A DNA stretch of 64,000 nucleotides from Alphaproteobacteria bacterium (GCA_964291395.2 OZ219856.1:2240001-2304000), one strand, 5' to 3'. Numbered from the stretch's first letter, positions 1 through 8,830 are shown. The notes: a model not told the origin generated them from the sequence alone. Translations and numbers: made by a program.

Positions 1-678
1 CAGGAGGGCCGCGGAATCGCGTACGGAACGGGTCAGGGCATGCTCGGTGGTCTGCCCCGCATTGCCCTCGCCCGAATACGGATCCTGGGTATTCCGGGCC
101 CGGGTCGGTTTGAGACCGACCAGGCCGCAGCACGACGCGGGCGCACGAATCGATCCGAAACCGTCGCCGCCGCTCGCCATCGGCACGATATAAGCCGCGA
201 CCGCCGCCGATGATCCGCCCGATGATCCGCCCGGCGTCCGTTCGAGATCCCAGGGATTGCGCGATGGGCCGAACAGCTGCGGTTCGCACGTCAGGCTGAG
301 GCCGAGCTCCGGCGTATTCGTCTTGCCGAAGATCACAAGCCCGGCCCGTTTTCCGCGTTTGACGATGACGCTGTCCTCGGGAGGCACCAGATCATCGAAG
401 AAGCGGCTGCCGCGCGTTTGCACATAGCCGCCCAGCACCCCACCGATATCCTTCAGCAGATACGGGACGCCGGTGAACGGCCCGTCGGGCAGTCCGGCGG
501 CGACGGTGTCGCGGCCGTGATCGTAGAGCTTGTCGACGATGGCATTGACCGTCGGATTCCGCATCTCCGCCCGGGCGATCGCGGCGTCCAGCAGCTCGGT
601 GGCCGTGACTTCCCCGTTTCGGACGAGTTCCGCCAGACCGAGCGCGTCGTAGTTCTCATATTCGGGAAACGGTTCCAC
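1..678 (-). CDS. Amidase signature family protein (runs off the left window edge)
   Basis: Manual translation from GTG at 678 (GGAG upstream): MEPFPEYENYDALGLAELVRNGEV...PYLLKD...GKTNTPE...TPGGSSGGS...GGDGFGSIRAPAS, the Lys/cis-Ser/Ser amidase signature. Not in the ORF track. Confidence 0.9.
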   Translation of the reverse strand, partial: MEPFPEYENYDALGLAELVRNGEVTATELLDAAIARAEMRNPTVNAIVDKLYDHGRDTVAAGLPDGPFTGVPYLLKDIGGVLGGYVQTRGSRFFDDLVPPEDSVIVKRGKRAGLVIFGKTNTPELGLSLTCEPQLFGPSRNPWDLERTPGGSSGGSSAAVAAYIVPMASGGDGFGSIRAPASCCGLVGLKPTRARNTQDPYSGEGNAGQTTEHALTRSVRDSAALL

Positions 679-896
679 TGTGTGCTCCCTGCATCTCCAT
701 GTCGACAGTCCTCAGGCGCATACCGGAGTCTGGCCGAACGGCTTCGACTGCACAAACAGTATCCTGATCACGGCGGGTGTCGGTGGGAGTTGCGGCATTA
801 ATTGCAAGGACCAAATCCTGCGGAGAATCGTTGGGACACCGTCATTCGGGCAAGGTCCTATGGACTTGCCGGAGCGACGGCAGTAGGTCATCGGTG

Positions 897-1865
897 ATGT
901 CCGCCGCTCCAGCATCCGGTTCGATACAACGCTTGCCGCCGCGGGCCCTGCTGATGCTCGCCGTGATGACGTTGATGTGGGGCGCGGCCTGGCCCATCAT
1001 GAAGGTCGGCGCGCAGGAAATTGAAATCTTCACCTTTCGTGCCGCGGCCGCGTTCATATCGGCGTTCACGGCGTTCTCCCTCGCCCGCGCCACCAATTCG
1101 AGCCTGCGGGTACCCCGGGACGTGCGCGTGCCCCTCATCGCGGCCGGTCTCCTGTTCCAGGGGGCACTGGCGTTTTTCACCACACTGGCGTTGACGCTTA
1201 TTTCCTCGGGGCACGCCGTAATTATCGGCTACACCATGCCGCTGTGGGTGGTCTTGCTCGGGATTCCAATCCTCGGAGAGCGACCCACCCGCCTGCGGTG
1301 GCTGGGTCTCGCGCTTGGTATGGTAGGTGTGGCATTGCTGGCGAGCCGAGGCGTCGAGTTGTTCGCCAACGCGCCGCTGGGTGTCGCCGCGCAGCTGGCC
1401 GGCGCCGTTTCCTGGGCGGTCGCGGTGATCATCACCAAGAAAGTACGCTGGCGCATGCCGATGGACGTGGTATTGGGCTGGCAGTGCTTGATCGGTGGTA
1501 TCTCGTTGGCGGTCCTCGCCATTCCCGAACTGCCGGACTTGAAACCGGTGACGTGGATGGCGATCGGTTCAGTCCTCTATCTCGGGATTTGCGCCCAGGG
1601 CCTCGGGAATTGCGTATGGTTTCGCATTATCGACATGGCACCCGCGGGTGTCGCCGGTGTGTCGTCGCTTGCCGTTCCCACCGTTGGACTCGTCATCGGC
1701 TCCCTGATGCTCGACGAGCCCGTCGGCCTCATCGAGGTCACCGCTCTCCTCCTCGTCCTCGGCGCGCTCGCGACGGTGTTGACGTTGCCGACGTTCCGCC
1801 GCCGCGGCCTGGAGACGAAAACGACGCGAAACCCACGGCATCCAATTGACTCCGCGAAAAAATGA
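897..1865 (+). CDS. EamA/DMT family transporter
   Basis: About 10 TM segments; WGAAWPIMKVG and TMPLW...LGERPT motifs. ATG 897 chosen within ORF 777..1865. Confidence 0.85.
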   Translation: MSAAPASGSIQRLPPRALLMLAVMTLMWGAAWPIMKVGAQEIEIFTFRAAAAFISAFTAFSLARATNSSLRVPRDVRVPLIAAGLLFQGALAFFTTLALTLISSGHAVIIGYTMPLWVVLLGIPILGERPTRLRWLGLALGMVGVALLASRGVELFANAPLGVAAQLAGAVSWAVAVIITKKVRWRMPMDVVLGWQCLIGGISLAVLAIPELPDLKPVTWMAIGSVLYLGICAQGLGNCVWFRIIDMAPAGVAGVSSLAVPTVGLVIGSLMLDEPVGLIEVTALLLVLGALATVLTLPTFRRRGLETKTTRNPRHPIDSAKK

Positions 1866-2772
1866 GCCCACCCGAATTCCGGCGCGGGGATTGGTCCTTC
1901 TCGTGCTGCTGACCCTGGCGTGGGGCACCAACTGGCCGATTCTCAAGATCGCGTCGACAGGCCTGCCGCTTTTCCCGTTTCGGGCGATCTGCGCGCTCGG
2001 CGTGGGCATCCTCATGCTGTCCATCGCAGCCGCCAATCGGGAACGTCTCCGGATTCCGCGCGACAACTGGATCGGTATCGGCGTTACGGGTTTTTGCAAC
2101 ATGACCGTGTGGTTCATCTGCTCCGCCCTCGCCGTCCGGTTCACGACCTCGGGCCACACCGCGATCGCCGCCTACACGATGCCGCTCTACGTGTTCCTGA
2201 TCGGCACGCTGTTCCTGGGCGAGCGGCCGACCCTGGGCAAATGGTTCGGCCTGGCCCTTGGCCTCGCCGCCATCGCGTTGCTGGTCACGCGTGACTTCGA
2301 ATCGACCTACGGAAGCTGGCTCGGCATCGCGGTGATGAGCGTCGGCGCCGTGTTCTGGGCGCTGTCCTCGATCGTCGTGAAACGGGTGCGTTGGCGGATC
2401 TCAGCCACCGCGGTGGTGGGCTGGCAGGCATTGATCGGCGGCCTGCCCGTCATCGTGATCGGGATCCTTCAGTTCCCGGACCTGCACGAATTTCCCGGAG
2501 ATGCCGTTCTCGCCACGATCTACGCCATCGTTGTCGGCATCGCATTCGCGCACTGGCTTTACTTCAAGATCCTGCAACTCGTGCCGGTTTGGGTGGCTTC
2601 GCTCTCGACGCTGGCGGTCCCGGCGGTGGGTCTGGTGTCGGGCGCTTTGTTTCTGAATGAACCGTTGGGTTGGGTCGAGATCCTGGCTCTTTTTCTTCTC
2701 GTCGGCGGCATTTCAACCGTGTTGCCCCGACCCGGCAGATTTTCTTCCGGGGGAAGCGGCGACGATTCTTGA
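1846..2772 (+). CDS. EamA/DMT family transporter (tandem paralog)
   Basis: WGTNWPILK, YTMPLY...LGERPT; overlaps the end of the upstream paralog. Confidence 0.85.
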   Translation: MTPRKNEPTRIPARGLVLLVLLTLAWGTNWPILKIASTGLPLFPFRAICALGVGILMLSIAAANRERLRIPRDNWIGIGVTGFCNMTVWFICSALAVRFTTSGHTAIAAYTMPLYVFLIGTLFLGERPTLGKWFGLALGLAAIALLVTRDFESTYGSWLGIAVMSVGAVFWALSSIVVKRVRWRISATAVVGWQALIGGLPVIVIGILQFPDLHEFPGDAVLATIYAIVVGIAFAHWLYFKILQLVPVWVASLSTLAVPAVGLVSGALFLNEPLGWVEILALFLLVGGISTVLPRPGRFSSGGSGDDS

Positions 2773-2792
2773 CGCGCTTGCCGCGCGTTGGA

Positions 2793-3251
2793 CTACCGGA
2801 GCACGTCGGGCCAGTTTGCGTCGGCCTTGGCGATGTTGCCCGGGATGTCCTCTTCCCATCGCTTCTTCACGGAAAGGCTGTAGTTGAGGTAAAGCTTGCC
2901 GTCGACGATGCGCCAGGCTTCCGGAACCGACGAGGCTGTGTAGCCCTGCGAGACAGCCCAGGCGCAATAGCCGCCGTACCGGGGCGCGAAGGCCTCGGGG
3001 TCCGCCGCGAACCGGTCCCGATTTTCGGCGCTGACGAAGCGCCAAGTGGCGCCGTTCCATTCGTGCTCGAACGCGGACGACCCCTCGACGGGTCCACCCT
3101 GAGTGAAGTAGGCGACCGGGTCGTAGCCCGAAACCGCGAGGTCGGAGAACGTGCCCGTGTACACGGGGTCTTTGGCGCTGGCCGGCGGCGAGGCCGCAAC
3201 CGCGAGCCCGAATACGAGCACCCAATACGCGAAACGGCGAACGGCCATCAC
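2793..3251 (-). CDS. Secreted YHS domain-containing (seleno)protein family member, Cys form
   Basis: Signal peptide; GYDPVAYF, FAPRYGGYCAWAV, DGKLYLNY, KADANW; GGAGGAGG SD. Confidence 0.85.
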   Translation of the reverse strand: MMAVRRFAYWVLVFGLAVAASPPASAKDPVYTGTFSDLAVSGYDPVAYFTQGGPVEGSSAFEHEWNGATWRFVSAENRDRFAADPEAFAPRYGGYCAWAVSQGYTASSVPEAWRIVDGKLYLNYSLSVKKRWEEDIPGNIAKADANWPDVLR

Positions 3252-3443
3252 TCACCTCCTCCTTTCGGCGCGGCCTTCTCCTCTTTCCGGCGCACCAGCC
3301 TTCGACTCTCCCGAAAAAGCACTGCCGATCTCTTTTTTGTCTTCCGGTTCAAATACTTAACGGGAATCAGGCGTGAGAGTACGGCAGCGACGCATTTCGG
3401 TGCCGGTGCGCTTTCCCGACCGGTCCTCGCGTGGCGCGAGACG

Positions 3444-3955
3444 CTACAGCAGCTTGACCAAGGCCACGATCAGGCCGCCCTGGGCGATCAGCGCGCCGAA
3501 CAGCCATTTCAGAAGGTCGGCCTTGACCGCCTCGATGCTGGCTCTGGTCTCCTGCCGCAAGGCTTCCATGCCGGCCTTGACTTCTGCGATATCGGCCTTG
3601 GTCTCCTGCCGCAAGGCTTCCATGCCGGCCTTGGTCTCCTGCCGCAAGGCTTCCATGCCGGCCTTGACTTCTGCGATAAGGCTTCCATGCCGGCCTTGAC
3701 TTCTGCGATATCGGCCTTGGTCTCCTGCCGCAAGGCTTCCATGCCGGCCTTGACTTCTGCGATATCGGCCTTGGTCTCCTGCCGCAAGGCTTCCATGCCG
3801 GCCTTGACCTCTGCGATATCGACCTTGGTCGCCAGATTGGCGTTGAGCAGGGCGACATGCTCTTCGGCCAGGGTCTCCGCCTGCTTCTCGGTGAAGCCGC
3901 TCTCCGTCAGGCGCTTGACGAAGCGGTGGGTGTCGAAGGCGATGGCCTCGGTCAT
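3444..3955 (-). pseudogene. DUF1640/CCDC90-like coiled-coil membrane-anchored protein, frameshifted within its internal repeats
   Basis: N-terminus MTEAIAFDTHRFVKRLTESGFTEKQAE...LATKVD in one frame; C-terminal anchor DLLKWLFGALIAQGGLIVALVKLL in another frame (ORF 3444..3656). One repeat unit near 3678 lacks 22 nt. Confidence 0.75.
3545..3830. repeat. Intragenic tandem repeat: 54-bp units (KADIAEVKAGMEALRQET), one 33-bp unit and one unit missing 22 nt
   Basis: Near-identical copies of ttggtctcctgccgcaaggcttccatgccggccttgacttctgcgatatcggcc on the + strand. Confidence 0.95.
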
Positions 3956-4037
3956 GCTCCGATCATAGGAAGCCCGCCGGTGCGGGACAAGGACCATCGC
4001 GCCGGACGGCCCGATGAAAGCTTCGTTCATGCCCCTT

Positions 4038-4067
4038 TCACTTACGGGTGTCACTTACGGGTTGACT
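4038..4067 (+). promoter_or_regulatory. 12-bp direct repeat abutting a candidate -35 box upstream of the riboswitch
   Basis: TCACTTACGGGT at 4038-4049 and 4051-4062; TTGACT at 4062-4067. No convincing -10 box. Confidence 0.4.
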
Positions 4068-4106
4068 GTGCGATACCCTTCTGCTTCAACTATCGGCTCA
4101 GGACGC

Positions 4107-4187
4107 GCTCATCCAGAGCGGTGGAGGGACAGGCCCTTTGAAACCGCGGCAACCGCTACGAGCGGTGCCAATGCCTGATCGATGAGT
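4107..4187 (+). ncRNA. SAM-I (S-box) riboswitch aptamer lacking P4
   Basis: P1 CTCATC(4108-13)/GATGAG(4181-86); J1/2 CAGA; P2a GCGGT/ACCGC with GGA...TTTGAA kink-turn; P2b GGG/CCC, loop ACAGG; P3 GGC-AA-CCGCT/AGCGG-T-GCC; pseudoknot CAGG(4130-33)/CCTG(4174-77). Confidence 0.9.
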
Positions 4188-4259
4188 CAGCCGAAGGCGG
4201 AACCCCGCTCTCGGCGCTCTTAGATAGAGCGCGTAGGAAGCGAGAGAGGAGACCGCCAG

Positions 4260-4337
4260 ATGATGGTCCTGTGCTCCCCATTCGGGGCCGATTTCCGCGA
4301 CATGTCCGCACCCGGCCGTTCGGTCGGCGGTACCTAG
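4260..4337 (+). CDS. Putative 25-aa leader peptide MMVLCSPFGADFRDMSAPGRSVGGT
   Basis: GAGAGGAG 8 nt upstream of ATG 4260; TAG at 4335-4337; lies between the riboswitch and the OsmC gene. Confidence 0.35.
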   Translation: MMVLCSPFGADFRDMSAPGRSVGGT

Positions 4338-4456
4338 TTCGCTCCGCTGCCTGAGAGACGGGAAGGACCGCCGGTCCTCCGAGCCGTTCGTTCCACGATC
4401 GTCCCGATGCCGGCCCTTCCCATTCCCCAGAGTCGAATCTCAGTGAGGAGAATCCC

Positions 4457-5020
4457 ATGACCACAACCTCAGAGAAGCCTGCCGGAAACGGCGTCAACGT
4501 CGAAGCCCTGCTCAATGCGCGCGATGCATTGGGCGAGACGCCGGAAGCCGGCAAGTTCATGTGGCGGGCCACCAACGAGTGGCTGCACGGTACCCATAGC
4601 CGGTCCTCGGTAACGGGCTACTTCGGCTTGGGCGAAGAGCACTCGCACAAGTCGGCCTTCGGCTTCGAGTCGGATCATCCCCTCGTGTTCGCCGCCGAGG
4701 ACAATGCCGCCACGCCGGTCGAGATCGTCCTCGTGGGGCTGGCGAGCTGCCTGACGGCCGGCGTTGCCGCCGTCGCCCAGAATCGGGACATCCAGCTTCG
4801 ATCGGTGAAGGCAACGGTCGAAGGCGACATGGACATCCAAGGCATCCTGGGCGCCGATCCCGACGTCCGGAACGGCTTCAGCGGCATCCGGGTCAAGTAC
4901 GACATCGATGCCGACGCCACTCCGGACGAGATCGAGGCGCTGGTCGCCCAGTCGCAGAAGCGCTCGGCGGTGTTCGACATCCTGACCAACCCGACGAACG
5001 TGACCGTCGAGGTCGGCTGA
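4457..5020 (+). CDS. OsmC/Ohr family protein
   Basis: NGVNVEAL, ESDHP...ATPVE..LVGLASCL, VEGDMD.QGILG, RNGFSGIRV; GAGGAG SD. Confidence 0.85.
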   Translation: MTTTSEKPAGNGVNVEALLNARDALGETPEAGKFMWRATNEWLHGTHSRSSVTGYFGLGEEHSHKSAFGFESDHPLVFAAEDNAATPVEIVLVGLASCLTAGVAAVAQNRDIQLRSVKATVEGDMDIQGILGADPDVRNGFSGIRVKYDIDADATPDEIEALVAQSQKRSAVFDILTNPTNVTVEVG

Positions 5021-5028
5021 TCGCCGCC

Positions 5029-6282
5029 ATGCGCACGACCACCGTCGTGGTCGGAGCCGGGCATGCCGGCCTTGCCGTAAGCCATTACCTCGCCGCAAGC
5101 TCGATCGACCACGTGTTGATCGAGCGCGGCGAGGTCGCCAATTCGTGGCGAACGGAGCGATGGGATTCGCTGAGGCTGCTCACCCCGAATTGGCAGGCGC
5201 GGGTCCCCGGTCTCGCCTACGACGGAGACGACCCCGACGGCTTCATGGACATGACCGAGGTGGTGACGTTCATCGAACGCTACGCCCGGCTCGTCGCGCC
5301 GTCGCTCGAGCCCCATACCACCGTCGAATCGGTTCGGCGGAATGGAACCGGTTACCAGGTGGTGACGGATCGCGGGGTGTGGCACGCTCCCACGGTGGTG
5401 CTCGCCACCGGCGGCTTCAATATCCCGAAGGTTCCCCCGTTCGCGGCGGACCTTCCCGGATTCGTCATGTCCTTCACCCCGATGCAGTACACGAAGCCCT
5501 CCGCCCTTCCGGACGGGGGTGTCCTGGTCGTAGGCGCGTCGGCCAGCGGGGTACAGATCGCGGAAGAAGTTCACGGCTCCGGTCGCCCGGTGACGTTGGC
5601 GGTCGGCGAGCACGTCCGCATGCCGCGGACGTACCGCGGCAAGGACATTCTGTGGTGGATGGATCGGACCGGGCTCCACGACGAGCGGTATGACGAGATA
5701 GACGACATCGGACGGGCGCGCCGGGTTCCGGCGCCCCAGTTGGTGGGAAAACCCGAGCGGACCACGCTGGACCTGAATGCGCTCACCGATCAAGGCGTGC
5801 GCCTGGTCGGTCGGTTGGTCGGGATCGCGGACGGCAAGGCCCTGTTCTCGGGCTCGCTTCGCAACAAGTGCACCCTCGCCGACCTCAAGCTGGGACGCCT
5901 CCTCGACACGATCGACGAGTGGGTCGGCAGCAACGGCCTCGACGGCCAGGTGGAGCCGGCGCAGCGTTTCGCGCCGACGCGGGTCGAGGAGTCCCCGCCG
6001 TTGGTGCTCGACCTCGCCAAGGGCGGAATCTGCACGGTCATCTGGGCCACGGGGTTCGAGCCCGACCATTCGTGGCTCCACGTGCCCGTTCTCGACCGCA
6101 AGGGCCGGCTCCGCCATGACGGCGGGGTGGTAAGCGGCTCGCCCGGGCTCTACCGCATCGGCCTCAACTTCCTGCGGCGCCGCAAATCGAGCTTCATCCA
6201 CGGGACCGGGGACGACGCCTGCGATCTGGTTGGGCACTTGGCCGCCCGGGTCGGAGCCCGCCCTCCGGGCCCACCGGGGTGA
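5029..6282 (+). CDS. FAD/NAD(P)-dependent oxidoreductase (FMO-like flavoprotein)
   Basis: GAGHAG FAD motif, WRTERWDSLRLLTPNW, ATG, VVGASASG NAD(P) motif, IWATGF; 8 bp after the OsmC gene. Confidence 0.85.
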   Translation: MRTTTVVVGAGHAGLAVSHYLAASSIDHVLIERGEVANSWRTERWDSLRLLTPNWQARVPGLAYDGDDPDGFMDMTEVVTFIERYARLVAPSLEPHTTVESVRRNGTGYQVVTDRGVWHAPTVVLATGGFNIPKVPPFAADLPGFVMSFTPMQYTKPSALPDGGVLVVGASASGVQIAEEVHGSGRPVTLAVGEHVRMPRTYRGKDILWWMDRTGLHDERYDEIDDIGRARRVPAPQLVGKPERTTLDLNALTDQGVRLVGRLVGIADGKALFSGSLRNKCTLADLKLGRLLDTIDEWVGSNGLDGQVEPAQRFAPTRVEESPPLVLDLAKGGICTVIWATGFEPDHSWLHVPVLDRKGRLRHDGGVVSGSPGLYRIGLNFLRRRKSSFIHGTGDDACDLVGHLAARVGARPPGPPG

Positions 6283-6337
6283 CGCGCCGGACGGCGGCCG
6301 GCCGCTTTTTCGAGATCCCGGCCGGCGCGCCCGGCGA

Positions 6338-6868
6338 TCAATCTTCCAAGATTTCGTAGGCCAAGCCCTGCTCGTTCTTCCAGATCTCGGTATGGGACTC
6401 GGTGTACGCGACTCCATGCCCCATGACGAGGCGGTTGATGAAGTTGTAACGCCCACAGACGGCGATCGCGAAATGGAGCGCGCCCTCCTCCCAACCGGCC
6501 TCGTAGACGGCATCGGCATCCGCCTGGACCATCTTTGCCGGCGTCAGCGTGAGCTTGCGGACGAAGCGCAAAATCGGCTTCATCCTTTCGTCTACCGACG
6601 AGGAGTCGATATCGTCCATGAGGTTGTCGAAGACATCCGCATCGACGCCGAAGGCCTCGGCGGCCATGGTGTGATCCTTGAAGCAATACTCACAGTCGTT
6701 CAGGCCCGAGACATAGGCTGCGACCAGCTCGCGTTCCGCAATCGATAGCGGTCCGGGCCCCCGCATGAGGGCCTGGCTGAATTTTCCCCATAGCAGCCAG
6801 ATGTCACGATGCGGCGCCTGTATCTCTGCGAGGCCCGCGCTCGCGGGCAATGAAGGAAAAAAGGTCAT
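6338..6868 (-). CDS. AhpD/carboxymuconolactone decarboxylase family peroxidase-related protein
   Basis: ERELVAAYVSGLNDCEYCFKDH; FVRKLTLTP; FINRLV. Confidence 0.85.
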   Translation of the reverse strand: MTFFPSLPASAGLAEIQAPHRDIWLLWGKFSQALMRGPGPLSIAERELVAAYVSGLNDCEYCFKDHTMAAEAFGVDADVFDNLMDDIDSSSVDERMKPILRFVRKLTLTPAKMVQADADAVYEAGWEEGALHFAIAVCGRYNFINRLVMGHGVAYTESHTEIWKNEQGLAYEILED

Positions 6869-7146
6869 CTGTGTTCTCCCTGATATCCTGCCCCGGCTTC
6901 AGGCCCCCCCGGCCTCAGGCCCAAGGGTTCCTGAAGCGCTCACGATGCTCTCCGAGCGGCGGCCCCGCCCCATCGATCATTGACTGGCCTTTCGGACCTG
7001 CGATCGGAAGTTGCCGACGGCAAGACGTGAAGGCGGGGTACCGCGCCAACCGCTTCGATCCCCGTGAGGCTCAGCGGACATTTTTACCCGGACCGGGGAG
7101 ACTTGCAGCAGCCATGACCGGGGTCCACCGGGGCGGAAAACGCAGA

Positions 7147-7557
7147 CTATCGATGGTTTACGGTCGGTCGATCCTCCGCAATCCATTGGGCGATGCCCCC
7201 GTGCGCGTTGTGGACCCGCCGGTATCCGAACTGTCTGTCCAACAAGCGGCTAACCACATTGCTGCGCCCACCGCTGTGGCAAATGATCGCGATGGGTTCA
7301 TCAGGGACCGCAATGGCGGCAAGCTCCGACATCCAGGCGCGAACGTCGTAGCGTCCACGCGAGTCGAAAAAGGTCAGCAAGTGACTTCCTTTGATGACGC
7401 CGGTCCTGTCCCATTCCTCCGGGGTTCGGACGTCAACGACCGGCACCCCGCCTGCCAGCAGCCGCTCGAGCGCGAGGTTGTCGATGTTGGTGACCTCCGC
7501 ACGAAGCGGCGTACCGCCGGCGAGGAACGCGACGACGAGGAATATCGGGTACTGCAT
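7147..7557 (-). CDS. Exported single-domain rhodanese-like protein
   Basis: Signal peptide; VVDVRTPEEW..TGVIKGS, active-site loop CHSGGRS, GGIAQW. Confidence 0.85.
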   Translation of the reverse strand: MQYPIFLVVAFLAGGTPLRAEVTNIDNLALERLLAGGVPVVDVRTPEEWDRTGVIKGSHLLTFFDSRGRYDVRAWMSELAAIAVPDEPIAIICHSGGRSNVVSRLLDRQFGYRRVHNAHGGIAQWIAEDRPTVNHR

Positions 7558-7712
7558 CAGTTTGAAAATTTCGGTTATTCCTGCGCAGCCTGATCAAATG
7601 GAAATTCCGATTGCATTCATAATAGGGTTGGACGGTACCATCGCAATGATTCTCGACCTAAATGATACCATTGGTCACGCGATGGCCTGAGGAGAACGAA
7701 GAGGCAGGAACC

Positions 7713-8345
7713 ATGTCTGTCGCCGAGCCCGCCGCCGTTCCGGTTACCATCACCCTTTATCGTTGGGCGGGTGCATGGGGGCCGTTCAAGGTCAGCATTC
7801 CGTGCGGCGAGTGCTCGCTGACCCTTGACGTCATCAATGACACGCTGGCACGCGAACTCGAGGGCATCCCGGTTACGGTCGACGTTCGCGAATGGCTCAG
7901 CGAATGGTGGCGCCCCCTTCCCAAAGGAGGTTGGCACGCCCCCATCGTCATCGTGGAGGGACGGCTCATCAGTCAGGGGCACGCCCTCAACCGCGGCGTT
8001 CTGACGGAGGCGGTGATCGAGGCCTGGGCACGCCGCAGCGCACCCGTGGGCAACCACCTGTTCGGCAAGGAGACCTGCCCGCACTGTGTCCGCGCCAAGG
8101 GGTACCTGGCCGAGGCGGGAATGGAATTCGCCTATCACGACGTGGTGCGCGATCCCCGCGCGCTTTACGAGATGCTGGCGCGGGTCAAACCGATCGTCGG
8201 GCCCAAGACGCCCATCACGGTACCGCAGATCTGGTTGGACGGCGTCTATGTCGGCGGCGCCGATATGCTCGGCGAGGTGCTCGAACGCGAAGTCGAGCCC
8301 AACCCCGACCGGGGCCGGTGTTCGCTGTCACCACCGGCCGCCTAG
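7713..8345 (+). CDS. Glutaredoxin-domain protein with an extra N-terminal thioredoxin-like CxxC domain
   Basis: IPCGEC...GWHAP; TCPHC...TVPQIWLDG.YVGG. ATG 7713 follows GAGGCAGGA. Confidence 0.8.
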   Translation: MSVAEPAAVPVTITLYRWAGAWGPFKVSIPCGECSLTLDVINDTLARELEGIPVTVDVREWLSEWWRPLPKGGWHAPIVIVEGRLISQGHALNRGVLTEAVIEAWARRSAPVGNHLFGKETCPHCVRAKGYLAEAGMEFAYHDVVRDPRALYEMLARVKPIVGPKTPITVPQIWLDGVYVGGADMLGEVLEREVEPNPDRGRCSLSPPAA

Positions 8346-8830
8346 AACCGACCGCAAGCGTGGCGCGTTGTGATACGCGAAGCGAAGCCGCGCGGGGGGT
8401 GCCTGTTGGCCCACCGGGGCAACCGAGCCGCTGTCACGGCCGGCGACTTCGATCATGACCTGAAGGCTTTCCTTTTCCCCATCGATCCACCCTCCCGGAA
8501 ATCCTTTCCCTCCGGCGGATTTGAACCTCCAATCCGGCAGTGCCGTACGGTTTCTCGGAGGGCTCGATGCGTCATCTCATACATCCGCGCAGCCATGCGC
8601 ACTCTCGAACGGCCTCGTTTGGAAATAGCCGCCCGTCGGAGTAAGGTCGGCCGCGCTCCGTTCCGCACAGGCGACCTCCTGTGGTGGGCGTCCGAAGCGG
8701 AGGCAGGCGTACGCAAGAACGAAACTGAGATGATCGATAGAGGGAAAGCACCTGCGGCGACGCTGGACGGCTGAGTTGGCGGGCCGATCACCTCGATCCC
8801 ACGTATCCCGTTCAAAACCCGGTTGGATGG

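Noticed and set aside
3545-3830. Repeat array considered as CRISPR
   Set aside because: No unique spacers or cas genes; units are head-to-tail and encode a coiled coil.
6292-6310. GCGG-CCGG-CCGC followed by a T-run after the flavoprotein gene, as an intrinsic terminator
   Set aside because: Stem is only 4-5 bp; too weak to call.
7641-7658. GCAATGATTCTC resembling part of a Fur-type box between the rhodanese and glutaredoxin genes
   Set aside because: Partial match with no dyad symmetry; plausible by chance in an AT-rich spacer.
2793-8345. Possible selenoproteins (YHS, OsmC, AhpD-like, rhodanese, glutaredoxin)
   Set aside because: All frames are complete with Cys codons at the active sites; no in-frame TGA read-through is needed.
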